From positions 1,824,001 to 1,888,000 of the forward strand of contig JBKAGP010000001.1 of NCBI GenBank assembly GCA_046290465.1: a stretch of DNA of 64,000 bases. Direction: 5' to 3'. Both the position numbers and the translations under genes were made by a program. This document shows positions 10,002 through 18,093 of the stretch, piece after piece. The notes beneath the pieces were generated by a model that saw only the letters and a list, made by a program, of their open reading frames with translations, was not told the DNA's origin and did no database searches. Positions within the stretch are counted from its first letter, which is position 1. Each line of letters starts with the position of its first letter. The DNA is from Planctomycetota bacterium. GTDB lineage: Bacteria > Planctomycetota > UBA1135 > UBA2386.

Positions 10002-11135
10002 TTACTCGTAGACGTGCCAGAGCGGGCCAGGGAACAGCCAGGAAAGCCCCTCGCGCAGCCGATCGCGCCAGTTCTCCCAGTTGTGGCCGTCGTTGGCCTC
10101 GCGGAACCGGACCTGCATGCCGGTGTCCTGCATCAGCGGGACCAGCGACCGGTTGTAGTAGATCAGCGACTCGTAGACGCCGCAGCTGACGAACACGTTG
10201 TCGGCCGGCCGGCCGGGCGCCTTGCGGAACTTGTTGACGAACTTGACGACCGGATCGAAGACCGGGCCGCGGTCGTGTTCGCCGATCTCGGTGAACACGA
10301 ACGAGCCGGACTGCAGCAGCAGCTTGCCGAAGAAGCCCGGGTGCTTCCACGCCGTCGACAGCGACGCGACCGCCCCGAACGACGCCCCCATGATCGCGCG
10401 CGCCGACGGCTCGCGGACCAGCGGCAGCAGGTCCTCCATCTGCGGCACCAGATCCTTGACGATGAAGTCGGCGTGGCGGTCGTCGGCCGCGTACTCGTTC
10501 ATCCGGTCCGGCGACTGCGTCATGATCGCGATCAGCGGCGGCAGCTCGAGCCGGTGGATCAGGTTGTCGAGCGTCTCCTGCAGGCTCGCGAACTTCAGGT
10601 AGTCGAAGCCGTCGTGCACGACCAGCAGCGGGTAGCGCCGCGTCTCGCGGAAGCGCGCCGGCCGGTAGACCTGGATCGGGCGCCAGTCGCCGAACGTCGG
10701 GCTGTCGACGTGCCGTTCTTCGATCGTGCCCTTGCGCGCCTCGGGGTCCGCGACGGTCCATTCCGGCGGCTCGTAGCCCTCGCCGTAGACGACCGAGTTG
10801 GCCCCGAACGGATCGCGCGCGGTGTGCGCGTTGAGCGGGTCGCGGACCAGCTTGCCGCGCCCGAACATCATCACGCCGATCTTGTATTCCATGCGCGAAC
10901 CGCGCGGCAGGTCGATCTGCAGCACCCACAGGTCCGACCGCCCCAGGCGCCGGAACGGCAGTTCGCCGGGCAGGCCGTGGATCCAGTGGTGCAGCGACAC
11001 CTCCTGCGCCTCGCCGCGGAACAGGAACGTCACGTTGCGCCCTTCGACGTGCGGGAACTCGAGGTCGCCGAGGATCCTCTCGATCGCCTGCGGACCGCCC
11101 ACCTGCGCCGCTTCGAGCCGTTCTACCAGCGTCAT
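10002..11135 (-). CDS. Enterochelin-esterase (Fes)-like alpha/beta hydrolase with N-terminal Ig/CBM48-like domain
   Basis: Start MTLVERLE (ATGA overlap); VTFLFRGEA..V..W, EYK..DPLN, YPLLVVHDG.DY, GASFG, GHNWENWRD. Confidence 0.85.
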   Translation of the reverse strand: MTLVERLEAAQVGGPQAIERILGDLEFPHVEGRNVTFLFRGEAQEVSLHHWIHGLPGELPFRRLGRSDLWVLQIDLPRGSRMEYKIGVMMFGRGKLVRDPLNAHTARDPFGANSVVYGEGYEPPEWTVADPEARKGTIEERHVDSPTFGDWRPIQVYRPARFRETRRYPLLVVHDGFDYLKFASLQETLDNLIHRLELPPLIAIMTQSPDRMNEYAADDRHADFIVKDLVPQMEDLLPLVREPSARAIMGASFGAVASLSTAWKHPGFFGKLLLQSGSFVFTEIGEHDRGPVFDPVVKFVNKFRKAPGRPADNVFVSCGVYESLIYYNRSLVPLMQDTGMQVRFREANDGHNWENWRDRLREGLSWLFPGPLWHVYE

Positions 11136-12070
11136 CGCGCCACCTCCTCGACCTTGCCGTTCTCGCCGAGCCGGCGGCCGGCGGTGTGCGCGTGCCAGCG
11201 ATCGTCGCGGAAGTCCCAGCGCACCCCGTAGTCGAGCAGGCCGCACAGCGCCGGCGCGAACCGGCGCGACAGCAGCTGCACGCGCACCGTGTCGGAGGTC
11301 TGCAGGCGGTGCGTTGCGTGCGGCAGCGCGACGAACCCCGGCAGCAGACCGAAGCCCGCCTCCATCACCTCGGCGTAGGAGCTGCCCTGCGGCGGCGAGT
11401 CGTGGAACAGCACGATGCGTTCGGTCAGCGCCATCGCGCCGGCCGACCACGCGACCACCGGCCGGTCGCCCCAGAGCCGGCACAGCTCGAACAGGCGCAG
11501 CCGGTGCAGCAGCACGCCGATGTGGCCGCCGGCCACCAGCAGGCACGAGACCCCGGCGAGCAGGTCCTCGAGTTCCCGGCGCTCTTTCTGCACGACCGCG
11601 CGCTCTGTGGGGCGCACGCGCTGCTCGAACTCGGCGTGGATCTCGGCGACGCGCGCCATGTGCTGCCGATCGAGGCCGCGCACCAGCTCCCAGGCGTCCT
11701 GTTCCTCGGCGTCGACCCACGGGTCCTCGCCGACGCGCTGCAGCAGTTCGCGGGTCGGCTCCATCAGGCCTTCGAGGCGCAGCCGGTAGAGGTCCTGCAC
11801 GCGGCGCAGCGTCGCGTGCCGTTCGCGCATCGCCTTGAGCAGTTCCTTGTCCTTGTCGAGGATCCGCTCGACCCGCGCCCAGATGCGCAGGTTCTCGACC
11901 GGGCGGCAGACGTGCTCGCGCAGCTCCTCGTCCTCGTCCTCCCGCTCTTCCCAGCCGGCCGTCACCAGCGCCACCGACGCCCGGCGCGACCCGACCAGGT
12001 CGTCGAGCGCCTCGCAGAGGATCGGTTCGCGGCGCTGGGGCCCCAGCACGATCGCAGTCGACAGCTTCAC
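11132..12070 (-). CDS. Peptidase S51 / class I glutamine amidotransferase-like protein
   Basis: VALVTAGWEERE, LLVAGGH, VAWSAGAM nucleophile motif, GLLP..ALPH; GTG start at 12070 chosen. Confidence 0.75.
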   Translation of the reverse strand: MKLSTAIVLGPQRREPILCEALDDLVGSRRASVALVTAGWEEREDEDEELREHVCRPVENLRIWARVERILDKDKELLKAMRERHATLRRVQDLYRLRLEGLMEPTRELLQRVGEDPWVDAEEQDAWELVRGLDRQHMARVAEIHAEFEQRVRPTERAVVQKERRELEDLLAGVSCLLVAGGHIGVLLHRLRLFELCRLWGDRPVVAWSAGAMALTERIVLFHDSPPQGSSYAEVMEAGFGLLPGFVALPHATHRLQTSDTVRVQLLSRRFAPALCGLLDYGVRWDFRDDRWHAHTAGRRLGENGKVEEVAR

Positions 12071-12103
12071 CCCCACAGCCTTACCCCAGCAAGCGACCCG
12101 TTG

Positions 12104-12187
12104 GAAGGTTGCCGTGCGACGCGGTTCATCCTGCAACTTCGCGTTCCGCGAAGTTGGAGGATGAACCGTCGACGTACGGCAACCTTC
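12104..12187. repeat. Long imperfect inverted repeat (~84 nt hairpin) filling the slyX-S51 intergenic region
   Basis: GAAGGTTGCCGT..CGGTTCATCCT.CAACTTCGCG-TTC-CGCGAAGTTG.AGGATGAACCG..ACGGCAACCTTC. Confidence 0.85.
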
Positions 12188-12392
12188 AGCCGCCCCAGTG
12201 GGGTGGGCGGGTGTCGTGGGGTTCGAGGTCGTCGTCGTCGCTCTTCTTCTTGAGCTGGTCGAGGAGCAGGCGGACGGTTGCCTGCAGGCTCTCGATCTGC
12301 TTGCGCTGCTCGTGCAGTTCGCCGCTCAGCCCGTCGACGGTGCGTTCGAGCATGGCGATCTTGGATTCGAGTTCGATGCGGTCGGGTTCCAT
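12186..12392 (-). CDS. slyX: SlyX family protein
   Basis: RIELESKIAMLERTVDGLS coiled coil and C-terminal RPPHW; 68 aa. Confidence 0.88.
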   Translation of the reverse strand: MEPDRIELESKIAMLERTVDGLSGELHEQRKQIESLQATVRLLLDQLKKKSDDDDLEPHDTRPPHWGG

Positions 12393-12411
12393 GGAACGGC
12401 TGGGCGCGCCC

Positions 12412-13425
12412 TCAGGCGAGGTCGCTGTCGCCGAGCGTGTACCACCAGCGCTCCGCGAGGAACTCCGGCGTGATCTCGGCCTTGCAGATGTTGTGGATCA
12501 GGCGGCGCTGCAGCCAGGTCGACGACGGCGTCTCGACGAAGCCGCGCGCCAGCAGGTGCGCGTGCTCGTGCGACCACGGCGGGAACACCGCCATCAGCCG
12601 CTGCCGGCCCTCGTCGTGCTGGCGCGCGACCGCCCGGGCGAGCAGCGCGTCGGCCGCGTCGGCGTCGGCCTCGGGCACCAGCCAGTCGGCGATCGTGCAG
12701 GCGTCGGGCGCGAGTCCGGAGCCCGGCTTGAGCACCATCAGGCCGCACAGCGCACCGCCTCGCCGCACCGCCCACAGCTCGTAGTCGGCGGCCGCCGGAT
12801 TCTGCACGTAGCGCCAGTCGAGGTAGCGCGCGTCGCGGCGCAGCAGGCACTGCTTGTCGGCGCGCACCTGCGCATACAGCGCCTCGACGTCGGCGGGCAC
12901 GACGTCGACCTTCTCGACGACCAGGCCAGCGGGCGCCTCGAGCGGCCCGGCGTCCCGTTCACGGATCACGAAGTCGATCACGCGCATCATCTCGTACTCG
13001 AGGTAGCGCTTGCCGATCCGGTAGGCGGCGTCGACCGGGAAGCCGTAGAACAGCGCATCGCCGATCTCGCGGCTGTGCGCCCAGAACGGCATGCAGGTCT
13101 CGACGAACAGGCTCTTGGCCTTCAGCCCCTGCCGCCAGTCCGGGTGCGTCATCGAATCGACGCAGTGCACGAACAGCTGTTCGCCCCACGGCGTGTCGTA
13201 GCGCATCGGCATGCCGGCGTACTGCGACGCGACCGTGCCGTCGTCGGCGACCGCGATCGAGATCCGCTGACCGGCCGGGTTGTGCTCGTAGGCCCAGCGC
13301 CACTGCTGCAGCGTGCGGTCGACGTAGTCCGGCCCGCAGACCTCGCGGAACACCAGGTTGAATGTCTTCAGGATCGCCGACTCGTCGCCGGGCCGGTACG
13401 GACGGATCGTCAGACCGTCGCTCAC
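12412..13425 (-). CDS. GNAT family N-acetyltransferase (tandem GNAT)
   Basis: GTG start overlapping punA stop; TIRPYRPGDE, WRWAYEHNPAG, DSMTHPDWRQG, FYGFP, RDARYLDWRY, TLGDSD. Confidence 0.8.
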   Translation of the reverse strand: MSDGLTIRPYRPGDESAILKTFNLVFREVCGPDYVDRTLQQWRWAYEHNPAGQRISIAVADDGTVASQYAGMPMRYDTPWGEQLFVHCVDSMTHPDWRQGLKAKSLFVETCMPFWAHSREIGDALFYGFPVDAAYRIGKRYLEYEMMRVIDFVIRERDAGPLEAPAGLVVEKVDVVPADVEALYAQVRADKQCLLRRDARYLDWRYVQNPAAADYELWAVRRGGALCGLMVLKPGSGLAPDACTIADWLVPEADADAADALLARAVARQHDEGRQRLMAVFPPWSHEHAHLLARGFVETPSSTWLQRRLIHNICKAEITPEFLAERWWYTLGDSDLA

Positions 13426-14264
13426 GCCTGCCTCCGACAGAACTCCGTGACCACGGCGGTCATCGCCTGCGCGGCGCCGCGGCCGGCCTCGATGACCTCG
13501 TCGTGGGACAGCGGCTGGTCCGAGATCCCCGCCGCGAGGTTGGAGATCAGCGACATGCCGCATACCTCCGCAGCCATCGCGCGCAGCGCGATCGCCTCGT
13601 GCACCGTGCTCATGCCCACGGCATCGGCTCCGAGCGTGCGCAACATGCGCACTTCCGCAGGAGTCTCGTACGAAGGGCCGAGCAGGCCCGCGTAGACGCC
13701 CTGCTGCAGCCCCCGAGGCAGACCCTGGCCGCAAGCCAGCAGCTGCGCGCGCAGCTCCCGCGAGTAGACGGCGCTCATGTCCGGGAAGCGCGGCCCGAAG
13801 ACCTGGTCGTGGCCGCCGATCAGCGGCGACTGGCCGGTCAGGTTGAGGTGGTCGGTCAGCACCATCAGGTCCCCCGCCGACAGCTCCGCGCCGATGCCGC
13901 CGGCCGCGTTGGTCAGCAGGAACCTCGCGACCCCCAGGCGCCGCACGGTGCGCACGCAGCGCACCACCTCGGCCGGCGACCAGCCCTCGTAGAGGTGCAC
14001 GCGCCCGGTCAGGCACGCGACCCCGACGCCCGCGATCCGGCCGAACACGACCGCGCCGCCGTGGCCCTCGACCTTCGGCCGCGGCCAGTCCGGCACGTGG
14101 CCGAACGGGATCTCGACGCGGTCCTCGAGCACGTCGGCGAACGTCTTGAGGCCGCTGCCGAGCACCAGGCCGAGGCGCACCTCGGCGAGCACCGATGCGT
14201 CGATGCGCGCCGACAGCCAGGTCGCCGCGCGGTCGATGCGCTGCAGTTCTTCTTGCGGATTCAT
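13422..14264 (-). CDS. punA: Purine nucleoside phosphorylase (trimeric type)
   Basis: GLVLGSGL, VEGH.G, GRVHLYEG, LTNAAGG, DHLN, GPSYETPAE, DAVGMSTVHE, ISNLAAG..LSHDEV. Confidence 0.95.
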   Translation of the reverse strand: MNPQEELQRIDRAATWLSARIDASVLAEVRLGLVLGSGLKTFADVLEDRVEIPFGHVPDWPRPKVEGHGGAVVFGRIAGVGVACLTGRVHLYEGWSPAEVVRCVRTVRRLGVARFLLTNAAGGIGAELSAGDLMVLTDHLNLTGQSPLIGGHDQVFGPRFPDMSAVYSRELRAQLLACGQGLPRGLQQGVYAGLLGPSYETPAEVRMLRTLGADAVGMSTVHEAIALRAMAAEVCGMSLISNLAAGISDQPLSHDEVIEAGRGAAQAMTAVVTEFCRRQA

Positions 14265-15502
14265 GCGGAGGCGGGAGCCGACAGCACGCCGGCGACACAG
14301 GCGGTCATGCAGGTGGCGATCGCGCCGGCGAACATCGCGCGCAGGCCGATCTTGGCGAGGTCGCCGCGGCGCTCGGGCGCCATCGCACCGAGCCCACCGA
14401 CCTGGATCGCGACGCTGCCGAAGTTGGCGAAGCCGCACAGCGCGAAGCTCGCGATCAGCGCGGTGCGTTCGCTGATCTGGTTCTGCTCGATCATCGGACC
14501 GAGCTTGCCGTAGGCGACCAGTTCGGTGACCGCGATCTTGGTGCCGAGCAGTTCGGCGAGGATCGGGATCTCGCTGGCCGGCACCCCCATCACCGCGGCG
14601 ATCGGATAGAAGACGATCGCCAGCGCCCCCTCCACCGACCAGTCGGCGTGGACCAGGCCGAGCGCCGCGTTCATCACCGCGACCAGGCCGAGGAACGCGA
14701 TCAGCATCGCGCCGACGTTGAGCGCCAGCTTGAGGCCGTCGCCGGCGCCGCCCGCGGCCGCCTCGACGACGTTGCCGTAGGGCGACGTCTCGACCTTGCT
14801 GATCGTGCCCATGGTCTGGCTCTGCTCGGTCTCCGGCCACAGCATCTTGGTGCAGACCAACCCGGCCGGGACCGCCATCACCGAGCCGACCATCAGGTGG
14901 CCGGCGTCGACGCCGAAGCCGACGTAGAGCGCGAACACGCCGCCGGCGATGGTCGCGAAGCCGCCGACCATGATCGCGTGCAGTTCGCTCATGGTCATGT
15001 CCTTCAAGAACGGCTTCACCAGCAGCGGCGCCTCGGTCTGGCCGACGAACACGTTGCCGCACGCCGACAGCGACTCGCTGCCGGACGTGCCCAGCAGCCG
15101 CACCATCACCCACGCCATCTGGCGCACGATCCACTGCATCACGCCGAGGTGGTAGAGCACGGCCATGAAGCTGCTGAAGAAGATCAGCGTCGGCAGCACC
15201 ATGAACGCGAACACGAAGCCCTTCTCGGCGCCGAACACCTGGCGGACCTCGCCGGGCTCGGCGAGCGCGCCGAACACGAACGAGCTGCCGATCTGCGACA
15301 GCTCGAGGAACTCCTTCACCCGATCGGCGACGTAACGCAACGCCTCGTTGCCGGTGCTCCAGTACAAGAACGTGAGGCCGAGCACCGCCTGCAGCAACAG
15401 GCCGGTGCCGACGAGCCGCCACTTGATCGCCCTGCGATCGCGCGAGCACGCGAAGCAGACGGCGAGCATGGCCAGGATGCCGCAGAAGGAGACGAACTGC
15501 AT
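14261..15502 (-). CDS. nupC: Concentrative nucleoside transporter (NupC/CNT family)
   Basis: FAFMVLPTLIFFS, NVFVGQTEAP, GFATIAG, TELVAY, FALCGFANFGS; start MQFVSF. Confidence 0.93.
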   Translation of the reverse strand: MQFVSFCGILAMLAVCFACSRDRRAIKWRLVGTGLLLQAVLGLTFLYWSTGNEALRYVADRVKEFLELSQIGSSFVFGALAEPGEVRQVFGAEKGFVFAFMVLPTLIFFSSFMAVLYHLGVMQWIVRQMAWVMVRLLGTSGSESLSACGNVFVGQTEAPLLVKPFLKDMTMSELHAIMVGGFATIAGGVFALYVGFGVDAGHLMVGSVMAVPAGLVCTKMLWPETEQSQTMGTISKVETSPYGNVVEAAAGGAGDGLKLALNVGAMLIAFLGLVAVMNAALGLVHADWSVEGALAIVFYPIAAVMGVPASEIPILAELLGTKIAVTELVAYGKLGPMIEQNQISERTALIASFALCGFANFGSVAIQVGGLGAMAPERRGDLAKIGLRAMFAGAIATCMTACVAGVLSAPASA

Positions 15503-15595
15503 CGGCGGCGATCGTAGGCACGTATCGCCGCCCACGCCCGTCGTTTTCGGCGCGGCCCGGTGGCGCGCTTGTGCCGCTGCCCGTCGGCCGCGAAC

Positions 15596-16459
15596 ATGGA
15601 CGCGACCGTTCGGCGGCTCGATGTCCGACGCCGCCGAGTGGCAGGCCTGCCATTGAGCGAACCCGAGCATCCCCGATCACCGACCGGCGCCGCCGCGCGC
15701 CGGCTGGCCAGCGGCCGCCGCGACCTGCTCATCGAGGAGGCGCCGCTGCTGCTCGACGTGCACGGCCAGCAGCTGTTGACGATGCGCACGCCGGGCCGCG
15801 ACGAGGACCTCGCGCGCGGCTTCCTGCTCGGCGAGGGCATCGTGCGTTCGGTCGACGAGATCGTCGCGATCGCGTGCACCGCCGGCGACGAACGGGATCC
15901 CGCGACGGCGCGCGTGCAGCTGACGGCGCAGCCCGCCGGGCTCGCCAAGGCGCGGCTGGCGCGCACCCACGAGATCCGCAGTTCGTGCGGCGCCTGCGGC
16001 ATCGCCGACCCGCAAGCCCTGCTCGACGACGCGCCGGCGCTGCTGCCCGGCGTGCCGCGGCTCGCCGCAACCACGCTGACCACGCTGACGGCCGAGCTAA
16101 CCGCGAGGCAGCAGCTGTTCGCGCTGACCGGCGGTTGCCACGGCGCCCTGCTGGCGACCGCCGATGGCACCGTCGTCGCCAGCGGCGAGGACGTCGGCCG
16201 CCACAACGCGCTCGACAAGGCGATCGGCGAGGCTGCCCACAAGGGCGTAGCGCTTTCGGAATGCATCGCGGTGCTCTCGGGCCGCGCCGGCTTCGATCTG
16301 GTCGTCAAGTGCCTGCGGACCCGGATCGCGGTTATCGTCTCGGTCTCGGCGCCGAGCGCCCTGGCCTTCGACCTGTGCGAAGCCGCGGGCGCGACCCTGG
16401 TCGGCTTCGTGCGCGGTGACCGCCACGAGGTCTACTGCGGCGCCGAACGCCTCCGCTGA
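15596..16459 (+). CDS. fdhD: Formate dehydrogenase accessory sulfurtransferase
   Basis: EEAPL..TMRTPG.D.DLA.GFL..EG, SSCGACG, TGGCHG, EDVGRHNALDK.IG, SGRAGF, LVGFVRG. Confidence 0.95.
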   Translation: MDATVRRLDVRRRRVAGLPLSEPEHPRSPTGAAARRLASGRRDLLIEEAPLLLDVHGQQLLTMRTPGRDEDLARGFLLGEGIVRSVDEIVAIACTAGDERDPATARVQLTAQPAGLAKARLARTHEIRSSCGACGIADPQALLDDAPALLPGVPRLAATTLTTLTAELTARQQLFALTGGCHGALLATADGTVVASGEDVGRHNALDKAIGEAAHKGVALSECIAVLSGRAGFDLVVKCLRTRIAVIVSVSAPSALAFDLCEAAGATLVGFVRGDRHEVYCGAERLR

Positions 16460-16470
16460 ACGGACCTCCC

Positions 16471-16920
16471 TTGCAAGCACTGCGCACGATCCTGCTGACC
16501 CTGTCGCTGCTGGCCACCGCAACGGCCCAGGACGCCGCACCGCCGGAGAACCCGGCGCTGCGCTACCAGACGATCTTCTGGTCGACGGTCGCCGCGTTCG
16601 GACTCGGCGCCGCGATCCTGCTGTGGCGCATGCACGCGCTGCAGGTCGCCGCCCACCGCGAGCAGCGCGAAGGCAACGCGCGCCTCGAGCAGGCACTGTC
16701 GCAGGTGCGCGAGCTGCGCGGCCTGCTGCCGATCTGTGCCCACTGCAAGTCGATCCGCGACGACGCCGGCTACTGGCACCGCATCGAGGCCTACCTGACA
16801 CAGCACTCCAAGGCGTCGCTGTCGCACGGCATCTGCCCCACCTGCGCCGACGACCACTACCCCGAGCTGGGCATTGACGCCGAGACCGGGCAGCCACCGA
16901 TGGACCGCGAGGCCGGCTAG
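16471..16920 (+). CDS. Small membrane protein: signal peptide, one TM helix, coiled coil, C-terminal CxxC...CxxC putative Zn domain
   Basis: GLLPICAHCKSIRDD.GYW..IE.YL..HS....SHGICPTC, a module I recognise from C-termini of signalling proteins. Confidence 0.75.
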   Translation: MQALRTILLTLSLLATATAQDAAPPENPALRYQTIFWSTVAAFGLGAAILLWRMHALQVAAHREQREGNARLEQALSQVRELRGLLPICAHCKSIRDDAGYWHRIEAYLTQHSKASLSHGICPTCADDHYPELGIDAETGQPPMDREAG

Positions 16921-17003
16921 CGGGCAAAGCCCCGTCCGCAAGCGTACACGCCGCTTCCGCGATCACGGTTGGCAGCGCGTCCACGTCATGGACGCGCTCC
17001 TGA
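16917..17003 (+). repeat. ~83 bp CTAG-bounded dispersed repeat (REP/MITE-like)
   Basis: CTAGCGGGCAAAGCCC...TACACGCCGCTTCCGCGATCACGGTTGGCAGCGCGTCCA...TGGACGCGCTCCT, near-identical to 31383-31469. Confidence 0.92.
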
Positions 17004-17012
17004 CGACGCACG

Positions 17013-17990
17013 TCAGCGCTTCGGCGCCGGCGCGTCGGCGACGCAGCGGAAGCCGGTGTGGCAGAGCGACGTGTCCGGCGTCGACTTCATCCGCGTGCCC
17101 GGCAGGTAGCCGAGGCAGTAGACGTCGCTGCACAAGAACGACCCGCCGCGCATGACCCGCTTCTGGGCACCGGGCTCCTGCGGGTCATGGCTGCGCGCCG
17201 GGCCCTTCGGATCGACGAGCACCTGCTTGCCGTCGCCGTAGCCGCGCGGGTGGTACCAGTCCTGGCACCACTCCCAGACGTTGCCGGACATGCCGTAGAG
17301 GCCGTAGCCGTTGGCGGCGAACGAACGCGCCGGCGCGGTCGCCTCGTAGCCGTCGGCGGCGGTGTTGTTCTGCGGGAAGTCGCCGTTCCAGATGTTGGCC
17401 GGCAGCTTGCCGCCCACCTTCTGCTCGCTGCCCCACACGTAGCGCTTGCGGTCGAGGCCGCCGCGCGCGGCGAACTCCCACTCGGCCTCGGTCGGCAGGC
17501 GCTTCTTGGCCCACTTGGCGTAGGCGGTCGCGTCCCGCCAGCTGACGTGCACGACCGGGTGCTTGCCGAGCCCGTCGAGCGACGATCCCGGCCCGGTCGG
17601 GTGCTGCCAGTCGGCGCCGGGCACGAACGACCACCACTGCCAGAACTCGCGCAGGTCGACCGCCTCGGGCGGCGGCGTGAACACCAGCGAACCCGCCACC
17701 AGCAGGTCCTCGGGCACGCCCGGCACCTCCTCCTTGGTCGGCTTGCGCTCGGCGTCGGTGACGTAGCCGGTCGCCAGCACGAAGGCGCGGAACTGGTCGT
17801 TGGTCACCTCGGTGCGGTCCATCCAGAACCCCGACACCTTGACCCGGTGCAGCGGCGCATCCCAGTCGCCGTTCTGGCTGCCGAGCGTGGCCTCGCCGCC
17901 GGCGACCCAGACCATGCCGGCCGTCGACGGCCCGGCCTGCTGGGCGCACACCAACGACGTCAGCAGGACGAACGGCACGAGGCTTCGCAT
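17013..17990 (-). CDS. Formylglycine-generating enzyme family protein (SUMF1/FGE-sulfatase), secreted
   Basis: MDRTEVTNDQF, HPVVHVSW.DA, RLPTEAEWEFAARGG, GNVWEWC, RGGSFLCSDVYC, GFRC. Confidence 0.93.
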   Translation of the reverse strand: MRSLVPFVLLTSLVCAQQAGPSTAGMVWVAGGEATLGSQNGDWDAPLHRVKVSGFWMDRTEVTNDQFRAFVLATGYVTDAERKPTKEEVPGVPEDLLVAGSLVFTPPPEAVDLREFWQWWSFVPGADWQHPTGPGSSLDGLGKHPVVHVSWRDATAYAKWAKKRLPTEAEWEFAARGGLDRKRYVWGSEQKVGGKLPANIWNGDFPQNNTAADGYEATAPARSFAANGYGLYGMSGNVWEWCQDWYHPRGYGDGKQVLVDPKGPARSHDPQEPGAQKRVMRGGSFLCSDVYCLGYLPGTRMKSTPDTSLCHTGFRCVADAPAPKR

Positions 17991-18093
17991 GCCGCCATCG
18001 TCGCCCGGCCCGCGCCGCGCGGCAACCGTCGGGGCCGCGGCACGGCAGATCCCCCCAGCGCCAGATTGCGCGGGTGGCAGCCCCCCGACCGGC

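Noticed and set aside
7955..12070. Graspetide RiPP or cyanophycin cluster
   Set aside because: No precursor peptide ORF visible; the ligase lacks the size and Mur-ligase domain of cyanophycin synthetase
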